In this document: piece after piece, positions 26,757 to 37,416 of the stretch
How positions within the stretch are numbered: the stretch's first letter is position 1
Layout: every line of letters starts with the position of its first letter
From: an uncultured Maribellus sp.
GTDB taxonomy: Bacteria; Bacteroidota; Bacteroidia; Bacteroidales; Prolixibacteraceae
Reading direction: 5' to 3'
NCBI GenBank assembly: GCA_964476535.1
Contig: CAYZBC010000001.1
Location: forward strand, 4,788 to 68,787
Length of the DNA: 64,000 nt
Translations under genes and position numbers: made by a program
The notes under the pieces: generated by a model
What the model was told of the DNA's origin: nothing
What the model saw: the letters and a program-made list of their open reading frames with translations, nothing else
The model's database searches: none

Positions 26757-28145
26757 TTACTTCTCAACAACAGCTTTAAGGATATCTAAATAACGTAATC
26801 CATATCCTTCGTATTCCAAACCTGCAGTATAGTCTTGTTTTGAATTACTATCATCCTTGTTAGTGGCAGGAGCTTTTGCCACCGGTTCTATCTGTGTGTC
26901 TTCATGCCACTCATTCCATGAAGTAATCATAAATAAATTTCCCGTTTCCGAATCGGTGATTTGGAGTGCTTCATTCACCATGGCTTCAAACAAAGAGCCA
27001 AATTCGTCATCCTCCGAGAGTTTTCGGGAAAGAGGGACGTGCCCATCTCTGACACCCGTATCGTTATATCCTGGTGCAGAAGCAGGAACAAAGCTAGTAC
27101 CTACCTGATGTGCCTTTGATCTCCAGCCTGCTTGATCCGCGTAGTAATTATTAACTTTCTCTTGAGTTGCATACATTTTTCCGCCAGAACTTCCATAAAC
27201 ATCATAATTGGTAATGGCATCTAGCAAAGCGATATGATCTGTAGTTGAAGGTGGTTTACCAAAAACCTGATCGCCAACTATATAAATATCGAAACCAGCC
27301 TGATTAGCTGTATTTCGCATAATATCTAAGGTACTTTCCAATACACCATTTCTTGATAATACGCGAGTGAGGTAAATGAATAAAACTGCCCTCCCATCTA
27401 TTTTAAAATAGTTTGGGTGGTTAAAATAGTTTTCGGCAATATAATTCATATCAGATTCAACTTTAGAAACATCAGTAAAATCAGGTATCCGACTTGATGT
27501 TTCATAAAACAAGGCAATCTTCATATCATTCAAATCGTCATGCTTCAGTATGTTATCTTTTAAGGTCTTATCTGTCATTTTACCAGGCCCCCACCAACTG
27601 CTAACCCATAAACCTATTCCAGCATATTCACACCATTCCAAATGCTGTTTTATTACTTCATTGTCTCTATCATTGTATTCACCCAATTCTGGAAGCTGTA
27701 CAGGGTCAAGATGCTCTCGGAGATACTTACCTCCATGAAAATCGTTACCGCCATACCACGGATAATAGTATACACCAACCGTTGGAGGAGGCACTTCTTC
27801 CTCTTCTTCAACTATCATCTGAAAAGTGTACTCATCGGATAATTCACCATCGCTTACTATTACACTCAAATCGCAGATACTTGCTTCATCAGGAGCTGTC
27901 CAATATGCATAATTTTGATTCTCTTCACTTGAAAATGTTCCACAACTACTTTTCCATGTGTATGAAAGTAAGGTTTCATTTTCATCGGTAGCGTTGCAGG
28001 TAAATCTGATTTGGCTACCTATTGAGGTATTTCTGGTATCGGGCAATACCTCAATAATTTCAGGAGGAGTGTTGCTATCATTATCACACGAAGTAGATAC
28101 TGTTAGTAGCAATACTATAAAAAAATAGAATATTTTCTGGGTCAT
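26757..28145 (-). CDS. GH99 endo-alpha-mannosidase/mannanase lipoprotein with an N-terminal Ig/PKD-like domain
   Basis: Lipobox TSC; VGVYYYPWY, PELGEY, VSSWWG, ITSWNEWHEDTQIEP (GH99 ExxE signature). Start moved to ATG 28145. Confidence 0.88.
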   Translation of the reverse strand: MTQKIFYFFIVLLLTVSTSCDNDSNTPPEIIEVLPDTRNTSIGSQIRFTCNATDENETLLSYTWKSSCGTFSSEENQNYAYWTAPDEASICDLSVIVSDGELSDEYTFQMIVEEEEEVPPPTVGVYYYPWYGGNDFHGGKYLREHLDPVQLPELGEYNDRDNEVIKQHLEWCEYAGIGLWVSSWWGPGKMTDKTLKDNILKHDDLNDMKIALFYETSSRIPDFTDVSKVESDMNYIAENYFNHPNYFKIDGRAVLFIYLTRVLSRNGVLESTLDIMRNTANQAGFDIYIVGDQVFGKPPSTTDHIALLDAITNYDVYGSSGGKMYATQEKVNNYYADQAGWRSKAHQVGTSFVPASAPGYNDTGVRDGHVPLSRKLSEDDEFGSLFEAMVNEALQITDSETGNLFMITSWNEWHEDTQIEPVAKAPATNKDDSNSKQDYTAGLEYEGYGLRYLDILKAVVEK

Positions 28146-28158
28146 GCTCTTACTTATA

Positions 28159-29937
28159 TTAATTGCTCTTGGTAAATTTTTGAACTTTAGTACCCAAATC
28201 ATTTTTAATTGTAATTAGATAAAGCGCATTGGGCAAATCAGATACATCAACCACATGATATTGTTCTGACACGGTAAACTGTTTGCAAACCTTACCCCGA
28301 ACATCTAAAATTTCTATTTGAGATGTATTGGTTATTCCGTTTATATTTATCGTTGATTTTGCTGGATTTGGATAGATTTTCAAATTATTAAATTCTGAGT
28401 CAATATGAATATCATTTGCTGAAGTTGGAATACATGACGAACTAATACACGAAATTCCCATTGGAACAGGATCGCCTACAGAATAGGTATTGCGTACAAA
28501 TATGTTGTAGTTTCCTTTGTCTAGGTTTTCTATTTCAAAAGTACCTACATCATCTGAAACAGAATATGGGAAAGTCTCACCCCCATCTATACTAAATTCG
28601 AGGATTGAGACATCTTCAAAATCAGGAAAAACGAAGGTTAATTTACAATCATCTATGCCGGGAAAAACAGCCATTATTCCTTCATCGGGCGTACCTAAGT
28701 CATCAGTCAACGCAACATTTCCTCTTAGCATTTCGGCAGCTTTACCCGCACAACGCAAGTACCAATCGCTGGGAAGTTCATGACCATCAGCATCCAAATT
28801 CAGCCAATTTTCCTGTGCCGGTGCTTGACTACCATTTTCAGCTGTTTTAAAAAATGCCGTACTTTCATCTACTTCATCGAGCATAGCAAAGTAAACTGAT
28901 TCTACTTTATTTTTAACTGCGCCATAAGCTTGTAACCAGAAAAAATTACCTCCATCTCTGGGAATTTTATTCATTGGTGAATTTCCATTCCGAAGGTTAT
29001 ACCATCCAAAACCAGGGAAAACTACTGGTACATATAAAATACCTCGCTGCTCGCACCATGCCTTACCCGGTATTAGTTGGTTTTTCTCGTAACTGTTGTA
29101 TCCGTTTTGATCACCAAACCGTCCTACACTCCAAGGACTAATAACTTCAACCTGTGCCAATGCATTTGACCACCTTTCACCTTTTTTCCAAAAATTATCG
29201 TTCACACCTAATTTTATTGAAGCGTTATATTTCGAATCTTCATTATTATGAAAGAATTCAATTAGTTCTTCTAATTCTTCAACTGGTGCATCATCTCGAA
29301 CGGTGTATCCCCACAAAGCAACAATCGGACGGTTATCGTGATTAAGATAATTTTCTGACTGTGTAAGTTCGAGGTTATCAACCAAGTGTTTCCAGTCCTT
29401 TTTTATACTATTTACTCTTCCGGCAATTCCATCGTACATAATTGCAAACACACGGCCGTATTCTTCACAACCTTCTTTTACAAAAACAGTAGTACTATCT
29501 CTAAAAGCCATTACAACACGATCGTTATATTCACTAATAAAGCGCTGAACCCATACTCCATCTGTATTATAGTCGCGTACCCATTTCATATGTCGCTTAA
29601 CGGTTTGTCTATTTCCTGAAGAAAATACTGGCACAGCCGCTCCGTTTGAATATGTGTAAGCTGTTTCATATCTCTCATCGGCACAATACTCGCGCATATC
29701 CGGTAACATATCAATACTTAACGAGTTGATGCTTACATTATCCATATTTCCCCAGTGCCAGTAGTGGGGTCTGGGACTATCATCATCGGGGTGACCAAAC
29801 CACCCCTGGTAGCCAAACATAGCCTTACCAGCGTATGAACTATTATCGACAGGTGGTACTTCCAGTTTTTGACTGTAAGTGATATTTGAAATCAATACTG
29901 TTAAAACTAATACAACTAAACTTTTAATCATTTTCAC
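28159..29937 (-). CDS. GH99/GH71-like glycoside hydrolase with T9SS C-terminal domain
   Basis: MFGYQGWF, HMKWVRDY..DGVWVQRF, PGFGWYNL, AMLDEVDESTA, PSDWYL; C-terminal IYPNPA...DVSDL..LY.I.I...KFTK. Confidence 0.82.
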   Translation of the reverse strand: MKMIKSLVVLVLTVLISNITYSQKLEVPPVDNSSYAGKAMFGYQGWFGHPDDDSPRPHYWHWGNMDNVSINSLSIDMLPDMREYCADERYETAYTYSNGAAVPVFSSGNRQTVKRHMKWVRDYNTDGVWVQRFISEYNDRVVMAFRDSTTVFVKEGCEEYGRVFAIMYDGIAGRVNSIKKDWKHLVDNLELTQSENYLNHDNRPIVALWGYTVRDDAPVEELEELIEFFHNNEDSKYNASIKLGVNDNFWKKGERWSNALAQVEVISPWSVGRFGDQNGYNSYEKNQLIPGKAWCEQRGILYVPVVFPGFGWYNLRNGNSPMNKIPRDGGNFFWLQAYGAVKNKVESVYFAMLDEVDESTAFFKTAENGSQAPAQENWLNLDADGHELPSDWYLRCAGKAAEMLRGNVALTDDLGTPDEGIMAVFPGIDDCKLTFVFPDFEDVSILEFSIDGGETFPYSVSDDVGTFEIENLDKGNYNIFVRNTYSVGDPVPMGISCISSSCIPTSANDIHIDSEFNNLKIYPNPAKSTININGITNTSQIEILDVRGKVCKQFTVSEQYHVVDVSDLPNALYLITIKNDLGTKVQKFTKSN

Positions 29938-30029
29938 TTTTTTATAACTGTTTCTGAACTGCTTTTTGATTTTCGAACAAGCATAAAATAAACCAAAGAT
30001 TACAATAAATAGCAGATTTTTATACTTTA

Positions 30030-30995
30030 CTATTTTTCTGGCATTTCATTTACCAGTAATTTTTCCCACATATTAGAAGTAGTTTCCAAATATACTTCTG
30101 GTTCTTTCTCTATTCTAAAATTCATAAATCCTACCGGTTTTACATATTCCGATTTTTTCAGAGCTTGAATAAAATTTTTCATTTCAAAATTCCCTTGCCC
30201 CAAAACCTTAATCGTACTTCTATCCATGGATAAGGCTGTCGTAAAATCTGCTATTGAATCGGCTCCTGCCATTGTAACAGCTCCCAGTTTATGTTTTACA
30301 TTTTCAAAATCCTCTGGAATACGGGAGCCATTTTCAGCTCTAATTTCATGGTATAAATGAATGGCAAGATTTAGATTTGGATGGTTAATTTTGCTCACAA
30401 AAAAAAGTACTTCTTCTGCCGATTCGATGTAACATTTGCTGTGGTGACATAATATTACTTCCACCTTATTTTGTGCTGCATAGTTAGCTAATTCTCGTAA
30501 TTTATACTCAATAAAAACATCCGAAAATCCTTCTGCTATTTTTCCATAAATAAACCAAAGTTGTATGTCCTTTCCAGCTATTTTATCCACCACAGTCTTC
30601 CACCTGTTACGTTCCAATTCTGTATCTAAAAAATTATATCGAACAAAAACTGACTGAATATCGAAGTTAATTGTCGTTCTGGTTTCATTAATAAAAACAT
30701 CAAGATGATTACTGTTTTCTTGTTTTGCTCCCCTTAAAATTATTCCTTCGTAACCTTTGCTTTTTAAAAGACTAATTTGATCATGCGGTTCTAATTTCTC
30801 CAAACCACCAAAATTATAAGCCGTTAAGGCCCATTTCGAAGCCATGGTTTCATTTTTTTCGAATCCTACAACCTTGGCATATAAAAATAATTGCTGCAAT
30901 GATATTAGAACAAGCAAAAGTATAATGTAGGATTTATGTTGAACAAGAGCTTTAATTAACCACATTGTTCTGCTATTATCGTTTTGGGATTTCAA
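30030..30995 (-). CDS. Sugar phosphate isomerase/epimerase (xylose isomerase-like TIM barrel); start uncertain
   Basis: LLKSKGYEG, LAIHLYHE, VTMAGAD, LGQGNF, LKKSEY..PVG motifs typical of AP_endonuc_2-type sugar enzymes. Confidence 0.65.
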   Translation of the reverse strand: MKSQNDNSRTMWLIKALVQHKSYIILLLVLISLQQLFLYAKVVGFEKNETMASKWALTAYNFGGLEKLEPHDQISLLKSKGYEGIILRGAKQENSNHLDVFINETRTTINFDIQSVFVRYNFLDTELERNRWKTVVDKIAGKDIQLWFIYGKIAEGFSDVFIEYKLRELANYAAQNKVEVILCHHSKCYIESAEEVLFFVSKINHPNLNLAIHLYHEIRAENGSRIPEDFENVKHKLGAVTMAGADSIADFTTALSMDRSTIKVLGQGNFEMKNFIQALKKSEYVKPVGFMNFRIEKEPEVYLETTSNMWEKLLVNEMPEK

Positions 30996-32274
30996 TACTA
31001 AATGGGATTTCCTTACGTAACATTTTAGCAGCCGTTCCAGTCAACCACAAATAATGGTCAGATGGCATACCATCGTTATCAACAAAATGTGCTTTATCGT
31101 TATTAGGAGGATTGTCAGAAACTTTCATTATGGCAGTTCCTTCATCAATTTCATCGAACATTGCTACATAAATCATTTCTGCACCGGCACTAATATGAGC
31201 CGATATCTGATCCCAATAAAATGCGCCTCCCAAACGTGGAATTGCCCCATAAGCTGTATGACGTGCTAAACCTTTATTACTAAGAGAAAGGTTCCTCCAG
31301 CTAAAACCAGGATATGCAATTGGTGCATAATCAATACCGTACTTTTTTGTCCATTTAAGATCTTCAATAACATGATCTCGAATATGATCGAGCGGCTTAT
31401 GTACTAATGGAGTAAAACGTTGCACCATCCAAGGTAAAACAATGTCAACCGATTTAATTATATCGTGTAAATAAGGATCGGGCAAACAATCTTTATTTAA
31501 TTCGCGAAAGTATGTTGGAACACCAAGCATAACTGAACACCCACCGTAAACCGGATCATTTTTAAGAAAATCAATCAAGCGATTAATCCCTATTTTACGC
31601 GTATCATACGGTCTGTCGGGAAAACCTACTCCCCAAATAGCAACCAATGGTTTATTGTTATGAAAAAGATAAGTTTGGTCTTCTCCCCGACTCGTAACCT
31701 TGAGTTCATCAACCAACATTTTCCAGTCCTCAATTACTGATGAGCAGTCTTCTCCTTCCGCCTTTAATCCCGACAAATCATACATCACAGCAATTGCCCT
31801 TTTGTTTTCTTTTGCTGCCTCTAAAGCATTTCTCAGAATTATATCCTGAGATTTATTTGAATTATGGTAACCACGTGTAACTCCAAAAAAACGTTGCATA
31901 AATACTCCATCAACTCCATAATCTTTCATCCATTTAAAATGAAGCTCGGTTGTACTTTTATCTAACGAACTGAAAACTTCAGCCGCATTCCCGCTGGCAT
32001 CTTTAAAACTGGTTTTATATATTTTTTTATACTCTGTAACATCGGGCCAAAAGTCAATTGTATTATGTTCGGCATCAAATTTCCCTGCTCTTCCGAAGTG
32101 CCCCCATCCATTTCCAGCACCATCTCCATCGGCGCGGAACCAACCCTGATAACCTGCCATTACCAAACCTTTATAGCTCTTAAATAAAGTCTTTTCGCCA
32201 TGTTTACTCTGACCACTAACAGTCAATGTTGAAATAGTTATAAGTATTATTATAAGCTTGCAAATTTTATTCAT
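30976..32274 (-). CDS. GH99/GH71-like glycoside hydrolase with signal peptide only
   Basis: VMAGYQGWF, HFKWMKDYGVDGVFMQRF, AVMYDLSG, YPGFSWRNL, AMFDEIDEGTA, PSDHYL. Start moved to ATG 32274. Confidence 0.85.
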   Translation of the reverse strand: MNKICKLIIILITISTLTVSGQSKHGEKTLFKSYKGLVMAGYQGWFRADGDGAGNGWGHFGRAGKFDAEHNTIDFWPDVTEYKKIYKTSFKDASGNAAEVFSSLDKSTTELHFKWMKDYGVDGVFMQRFFGVTRGYHNSNKSQDIILRNALEAAKENKRAIAVMYDLSGLKAEGEDCSSVIEDWKMLVDELKVTSRGEDQTYLFHNNKPLVAIWGVGFPDRPYDTRKIGINRLIDFLKNDPVYGGCSVMLGVPTYFRELNKDCLPDPYLHDIIKSVDIVLPWMVQRFTPLVHKPLDHIRDHVIEDLKWTKKYGIDYAPIAYPGFSWRNLSLSNKGLARHTAYGAIPRLGGAFYWDQISAHISAGAEMIYVAMFDEIDEGTAIMKVSDNPPNNDKAHFVDNDGMPSDHYLWLTGTAAKMLRKEIPFSIEIPKR

Positions 32275-32284
32275 TTGTTTTATA

Positions 32285-34576
32285 TTACTGATGAAATAAA
32301 TGTTCATTTTTATCTGCTCCCATTTCGAATTCCAATGTTCCGCCAGTTACAATATCGTTGTGAGTAAAAAACGCGGATTTTAGAGCTTCGCCATTTAATT
32401 TCACAGTTTGAACATACAAATTTTCGGCACTATTGTTTTTTGCAATAATTTTAAATTTATTACCGTTGGGCAAATCAATTTCAACTTTATCAAATATTGG
32501 TCGTCCAATAGAATATACAGGTTCTCCGGGACAGAATGAATAAAAACCCATCGCATTCAGAACATACCAGGCAGACATTTGCCCACAGTCTTCATTACCC
32601 GCTAAACCATTTGGATTATTAAAGTACAATTCACTCATAATTTTATCGGTCAACTCTTGGGTTTTCCACGATTGCCCTACGTAGTTATACATATGAGTAA
32701 TATGATGACTTGGCTCGTTACCATGGGCATACTGGCCAATTAAACCGGTTATATCGCTTGAAATATGTTCGCCGGTTAATTTCGAGCTTGTGGAGAACAA
32801 AGTATCTAACTTCGTTATAAATTGTTGTTGTCCGCCAACCAATTCAACCAATCCGTCCACATCATGTGGAACAAACCAACTCCATTGATATGCATTACCT
32901 TCTGTATAATCATCAACCCGGTGTTCCGAATTTCTTGGGTTAAATGGTTCTCGCCATTTCCCATCCTCATTTTTACCACGCATAAACCCAGTTGCGTGAT
33001 CGTAATAATTTGCATATTTTTTCGAGCTATCCATAAAGCGACTATAATCTTCCGATTTACCAAGCTCCTTAGCCATTTGAGCAATGCACCAATCGTTGTA
33101 GGCATATTCTAAAGCTTTCGAAACCGATTGTTTTTCAAGATTTGCCGGAATAAATCCCAGTTCTGCATTATACTGTTTTGCCTTTGGCATTAATTTTTGC
33201 TGTACACCTTCCGATGGAAAAAGTATTCCATCCGTTTTATAGGTGGCAGCCTCAACCATGGCTTTATAAGCTTTTTCAACATCGAACTCTCTGATTCCCT
33301 TCAGGTAGGCATCAACAATTACAGGAACAGAATGATAACCTATCATACATCCGGTGTAGTTTCCTACAAGTTCCCACATGGGTAAAGCACCTCCTTCGTC
33401 ATACTTACTAAGTAGCGTGTTTATAAAATCATTATCAAGGTTTGGTTCAGTAATTGTTTGCAAAGGATGAAATGCTCTGAAAGTATCCCACAATGAAAAT
33501 ACCGTGTAAATATTTTCCCCGTTTGATTGATAAATTTGTTTATCCATTCCGCGGTAACGACCATCTACATCGCTAAATAAATATGGACTTAAAGTAGTAT
33601 GGTAAAGAGAAGTATAGAAAATGATTTTTTCATCGTCACTTCCTCCATCAACTTGAATCTTATCGAGTTGTTTGGACCAAACTGCATTTGCAGCATTTTT
33701 AATTTCATCAAAATCCCAATCAGGAATATCATTTTCAAGGTTATTTTTTGCTCCCAGATAATCAACCGATGAGATTCCAACTTTAGCGAGTATTTCCTCT
33801 TCATCTTTTAAATCAAAGGTAATTACTGCTTTTAAATTCTTAGATTGTATTTTCTCTGTAGAAGTAAGTTCTTCACCACTATCATAAAAAGTGCATTTGA
33901 AGGGTTTATCGAACTTAGCATGAAAATATATTTGCTGATCTTCTGCCCATCCACTGGATCTTTTATAGCCTTCAATCTCTGTATCACTTATTACTCTGAA
34001 TTCGTGCGCCGGATTTCTATCAGAATAAATGTTATGAACAAGATCAATTATAATTCCTGTATGTGCTGCCTGATTATAAGTATATCGGTGAAAACCTGCC
34101 CGTGCAGTAGCAGTAAGTTCTGCTCTTATATTATAATCTTTTAGGATTACCGAATAATAGCCAGGTTCTGCTTTTTCATCATCATGACTAAATCTTGAAC
34201 GGTATCCAGAATCAGGATCTTCAGGAGTTCCAGGATCTATTTTAGGAGTACCAGAAAAAGGTACAAACAAGAAATCGCCTAAATCGCTAATTCCTGTTCC
34301 ACTTAAATGCGTATGAGAAAAACCTATAATGGAATTATCGGTGTAATGATATCCTCCGCAAGCATCCCATCCCAATGTTCTCGTATCGGGACTTAATTGA
34401 ACCATTCCGTGTGGGGTAGTAGCTCCAGGAAATGTATGCCCATGTCCGCCAGTACCAATAAAAGTATTTACGTAATCGGTGCTTTTTTTCTGCTCAGCTA
34501 CTGTTGAAGGTTTGAATGAACATGCCCCAATAACAAGAATGGTGATGAGTAAAAGAAAATCTTTAATATTATTCAT
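32285..34576 (-). CDS. GH92 alpha-mannosidase (lipoprotein-type signal)
   Basis: YVNTFIGTGGHGHTFPGAT.P.GMVQLSPDT, FSLWDTFRA, SKALEYAYNDW, YTEGNAYQW, GNEPSHH, GNEDCGQMSAW. Confidence 0.95.
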   Translation of the reverse strand: MNNIKDFLLLITILVIGACSFKPSTVAEQKKSTDYVNTFIGTGGHGHTFPGATTPHGMVQLSPDTRTLGWDACGGYHYTDNSIIGFSHTHLSGTGISDLGDFLFVPFSGTPKIDPGTPEDPDSGYRSRFSHDDEKAEPGYYSVILKDYNIRAELTATARAGFHRYTYNQAAHTGIIIDLVHNIYSDRNPAHEFRVISDTEIEGYKRSSGWAEDQQIYFHAKFDKPFKCTFYDSGEELTSTEKIQSKNLKAVITFDLKDEEEILAKVGISSVDYLGAKNNLENDIPDWDFDEIKNAANAVWSKQLDKIQVDGGSDDEKIIFYTSLYHTTLSPYLFSDVDGRYRGMDKQIYQSNGENIYTVFSLWDTFRAFHPLQTITEPNLDNDFINTLLSKYDEGGALPMWELVGNYTGCMIGYHSVPVIVDAYLKGIREFDVEKAYKAMVEAATYKTDGILFPSEGVQQKLMPKAKQYNAELGFIPANLEKQSVSKALEYAYNDWCIAQMAKELGKSEDYSRFMDSSKKYANYYDHATGFMRGKNEDGKWREPFNPRNSEHRVDDYTEGNAYQWSWFVPHDVDGLVELVGGQQQFITKLDTLFSTSSKLTGEHISSDITGLIGQYAHGNEPSHHITHMYNYVGQSWKTQELTDKIMSELYFNNPNGLAGNEDCGQMSAWYVLNAMGFYSFCPGEPVYSIGRPIFDKVEIDLPNGNKFKIIAKNNSAENLYVQTVKLNGEALKSAFFTHNDIVTGGTLEFEMGADKNEHLFHQ

Positions 34577-34711
34577 TTTCGGAATAGTTAGTTACTTGTT
34601 TTCTAAGGTTTCAGTTTTTCTCTCCTTCATTTCCTTCAGTATAAAACCAATTAGCTATTAAAAGACGAGCCAGGTATCGGCATTATTGGAAGCAGTACAC
34701 CAGAAGGTAAA

Positions 34712-34743
34712 CGATAGGACACTCAAAAAGAAATGCCCTATCG
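34712..34743 (-). terminator. Intra-PUL stem-loop (terminator or stabiliser) after DUF3823
   Basis: 12-bp stem CGATAGGGCATT/AGTGTCCTATCG with two G-U pairs; weak U tail. Confidence 0.5.
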
Positions 34744-34771
34744 AATTACCAAACTATTATTTTTGTTACCC

Positions 34772-35476
34772 TTATTCTGACAAAGGAATGGTAAGTCGTA
34801 CCGCAGGCGCATAATTAAATTCGGCCTCATCTGCCGAAATAAGGGCACCAATTCTAAAGTGGTATGCTTTACCTTTTTCAAAATCTTTATCGGTACGTAC
34901 ATCCATTACCAACTCATATTCAGTTGTAGGATCGACCACCTTATTTAAAGTTTTTGTTTTTTTACCAAATTGTAATGGCTCTCCTACTGCAGGTGAGCTG
35001 TGGCCAAATAAACCTATCGATTTCACTTTATCATCTACCGTTTGCTCTAACTTAAATGTGGCCGTAATCTTTGTACCATCAATAGTTACACTATAATCTT
35101 TAATTCTGATATAAGGCTGCACTTCAAAATTATGAACAGTTTGCCCGCCAATATCAATTGTAAGTGTATCGGTTTTAGGAACAAAATTTCCTCGCGTTAA
35201 TGGAAGCAAAGTATACTTTCCTTCAAACATCATATCGTTACGGTAGGTACCATCAACCTTTACAACTAAACGTTGTATTGGTGGGTTTTCATAACCTTGC
35301 TCAATAAGTTCAATATTGGTACCACTAATAATATCGCCCTGTACAGTTTCTCCTGTTTCCATATCAATTAGCGAACCAGAAAGTGAGCCTGTTGGTGCTT
35401 CGTAATTATCTAACTCGCAGGAACTAAATGCTAAAACTCCGCACATTAGGAATATTAAAATCTGTATATTTTTCAT
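34772..35476 (-). CDS. DUF3823 lipoprotein (SusD-adjacent surface glycan-binding candidate)
   Basis: Lipobox SSC-ELDNYEAP, DGTYRN..MF.GKY, F.V.PYIRI; follows SusD. Confidence 0.8.
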   Translation of the reverse strand: MKNIQILIFLMCGVLAFSSCELDNYEAPTGSLSGSLIDMETGETVQGDIISGTNIELIEQGYENPPIQRLVVKVDGTYRNDMMFEGKYTLLPLTRGNFVPKTDTLTIDIGGQTVHNFEVQPYIRIKDYSVTIDGTKITATFKLEQTVDDKVKSIGLFGHSSPAVGEPLQFGKKTKTLNKVVDPTTEYELVMDVRTDKDFEKGKAYHFRIGALISADEAEFNYAPAVRLTIPLSE

Positions 35477-35494
35477 TTTCTTATCTTTTAGAAA

Positions 35495-37402
35495 TTAATA
35501 TAAAGGATTATTTACCAAACCATTTGCTCCTCTTCCGGGTATTGGTCTGTAATACCATTTAGGCTCAAATGTTTTAGGGTCTGATCTTGGCACTACATCT
35601 CTTACCATTACGTATTTTGGAGGATCTTCTCTTAAATCAAGTATAGGAAGAATTGCATGTCTATCGCGCACATTAAACAATTCATGAAAATCCCTTCTTC
35701 TAATGAGATCATAAAATCTTTTATTTTCGAAACATAACTCAACCGTACGTTCGCGCAATATGTTTTCAGATGTAAGATCAACTTCTGTAGTATGCCCTGC
35801 TCTTTTACGAATATCGTTTAAAACTTTTTTTGCAAGAGTTTGGTCTCCTAAACCACTTTCGGCAACTGCTTCTGCATAGTTCAATAGAATTTCAGCATAT
35901 CGCATATCCATAAAATCTAATGTTCCTTGGTTCCATGCAGGATTCACATCAACAGGTTCATTTAGGAATTTCTTGAATCCTATACCAGTTCGAGTGTGAT
36001 TACCACCCGCAGGATTAAAACCAGAATGACCGGATGCACTTGAAGAACCGTAAGTATAATACTTAACACCATTTACTGTAGTACTTCCGCCTTGCAAAAA
36101 TTTGGTTGAACCATCAGGCTTAATAAAACCTGCTTGAATAACAATTTCAGTATTTTTCCATATTGTACCCGGCAAAATGGCTGTACCCCATAATCGAGCA
36201 TCTTTCCCTTTATAAACATCATGAGGTGTATCGTACTTAATGTACTCTCTGTCAGGATCGTAACCTTCGTATTCTTCGTTTCCATCAACAACAGTACTCA
36301 ATTTGGTACTTACTCCCGGAGTGTCGTATACTTCAAACATATCTGCCCATTCTGCTGTCGGACAATACCTGCCAGGATGTGGCCAACCATTTGCTAACTG
36401 ATTTGGATTAAACCAGATTTCGTAGTTATTAGCAGTATGGTCGTTCCCAATAATTGCAGATCCTTTAATAAAAATGGCTTCCTGAGGTGCTCCGTTCGGA
36501 TTTTCGAAAAGCTGGCGGTAATTCTCTGCAGCTTCTTCTGGTGATGCAGGATTTGGTCTGAAAAGCTCAAAAACTTCCGATTGCATAATTGCTTCCGAAG
36601 CATCAATACACTGCTGGTAGAACTCGCTGGCTGCTGATTCGCTCATTCCAACCAAACCTTTATCAACAGCTTCACCCGTAACCGGTGACTTATTCCAAAA
36701 TTTAGCTAAAGAGGCAGCGTGCAACGCAGCTCTTGATTTTAATGCAAGTGCAGCATATTTTGTAGCTCTTCGTTGGCTTCCGTCACCTTCCAGCAGGTTA
36801 TCAGCAGCAAGCTGGCATTCGGTCATTACAAAATCCCAAGTCTCTTTTTCTGTACTTCTTGGTACTTTAAGATTCTCCACATCGGTTGAATACTCCTGTG
36901 CTTCATCAATTAAAGGGACACCTCCATATCTTTTAGCTAAAGCAAAATAGGCATAAGCTCTAATAAAAGCTGTTTCGCCAATCAATAATTTCCGATTCTG
37001 GTCATTTATATCCAAATCGGGTATCACTTTAATAAGCGTATTTACATCGCGGATTAACTTATATCCTTCGTTCCACCAACTTCCCCAACTGTTACTTGAT
37101 ACTCCTTCACCAAATTCACTGTGCATGGCAATATCAGTATGCATAGCCTGCACAAAACCACCATTATTGGGTCCACCACCATTGTAATTAAAAGTTCCAC
37201 CGTCTCTATTTCTATGAAAATAAGTGAAGTCTTCAACTGGCAATTGATAATACAAATTTGCCATGTATAATTTAACACCTTCAGGATCTGAAAACAAATC
37301 TTCTCCTGATAGTTTATCTGTTGGTTTTAGGTCAAGAACATCGCTACATCCAAATAGCGTTAGTCCCAGAACTGCTGTATATAATAGTTTATAAATTTTC
37401 AT
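35495..37402 (-). CDS. susD: RagB/SusD family nutrient-binding lipoprotein
   Basis: Lipobox FGC-SDVLD, GETAFIRAYAYF.LAKRYGGVP, RATKYAALALKSR, RYAEILLNYAEA, ERTVELCFENKRFYDL, YYRPIP. Confidence 0.95.
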   Translation of the reverse strand: MKIYKLLYTAVLGLTLFGCSDVLDLKPTDKLSGEDLFSDPEGVKLYMANLYYQLPVEDFTYFHRNRDGGTFNYNGGGPNNGGFVQAMHTDIAMHSEFGEGVSSNSWGSWWNEGYKLIRDVNTLIKVIPDLDINDQNRKLLIGETAFIRAYAYFALAKRYGGVPLIDEAQEYSTDVENLKVPRSTEKETWDFVMTECQLAADNLLEGDGSQRRATKYAALALKSRAALHAASLAKFWNKSPVTGEAVDKGLVGMSESAASEFYQQCIDASEAIMQSEVFELFRPNPASPEEAAENYRQLFENPNGAPQEAIFIKGSAIIGNDHTANNYEIWFNPNQLANGWPHPGRYCPTAEWADMFEVYDTPGVSTKLSTVVDGNEEYEGYDPDREYIKYDTPHDVYKGKDARLWGTAILPGTIWKNTEIVIQAGFIKPDGSTKFLQGGSTTVNGVKYYTYGSSSASGHSGFNPAGGNHTRTGIGFKKFLNEPVDVNPAWNQGTLDFMDMRYAEILLNYAEAVAESGLGDQTLAKKVLNDIRKRAGHTTEVDLTSENILRERTVELCFENKRFYDLIRRRDFHELFNVRDRHAILPILDLREDPPKYVMVRDVVPRSDPKTFEPKWYYRPIPGRGANGLVNNPLY

Positions 37403-37416
37403 TTTAATATACTTTT

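Noticed and set aside
34580-34700. Short minus-strand frame resembling a membrane-protein C-terminus between DUF3823 and GH92
   Set aside because: Too short and interrupted by stops to support a pseudogene call.
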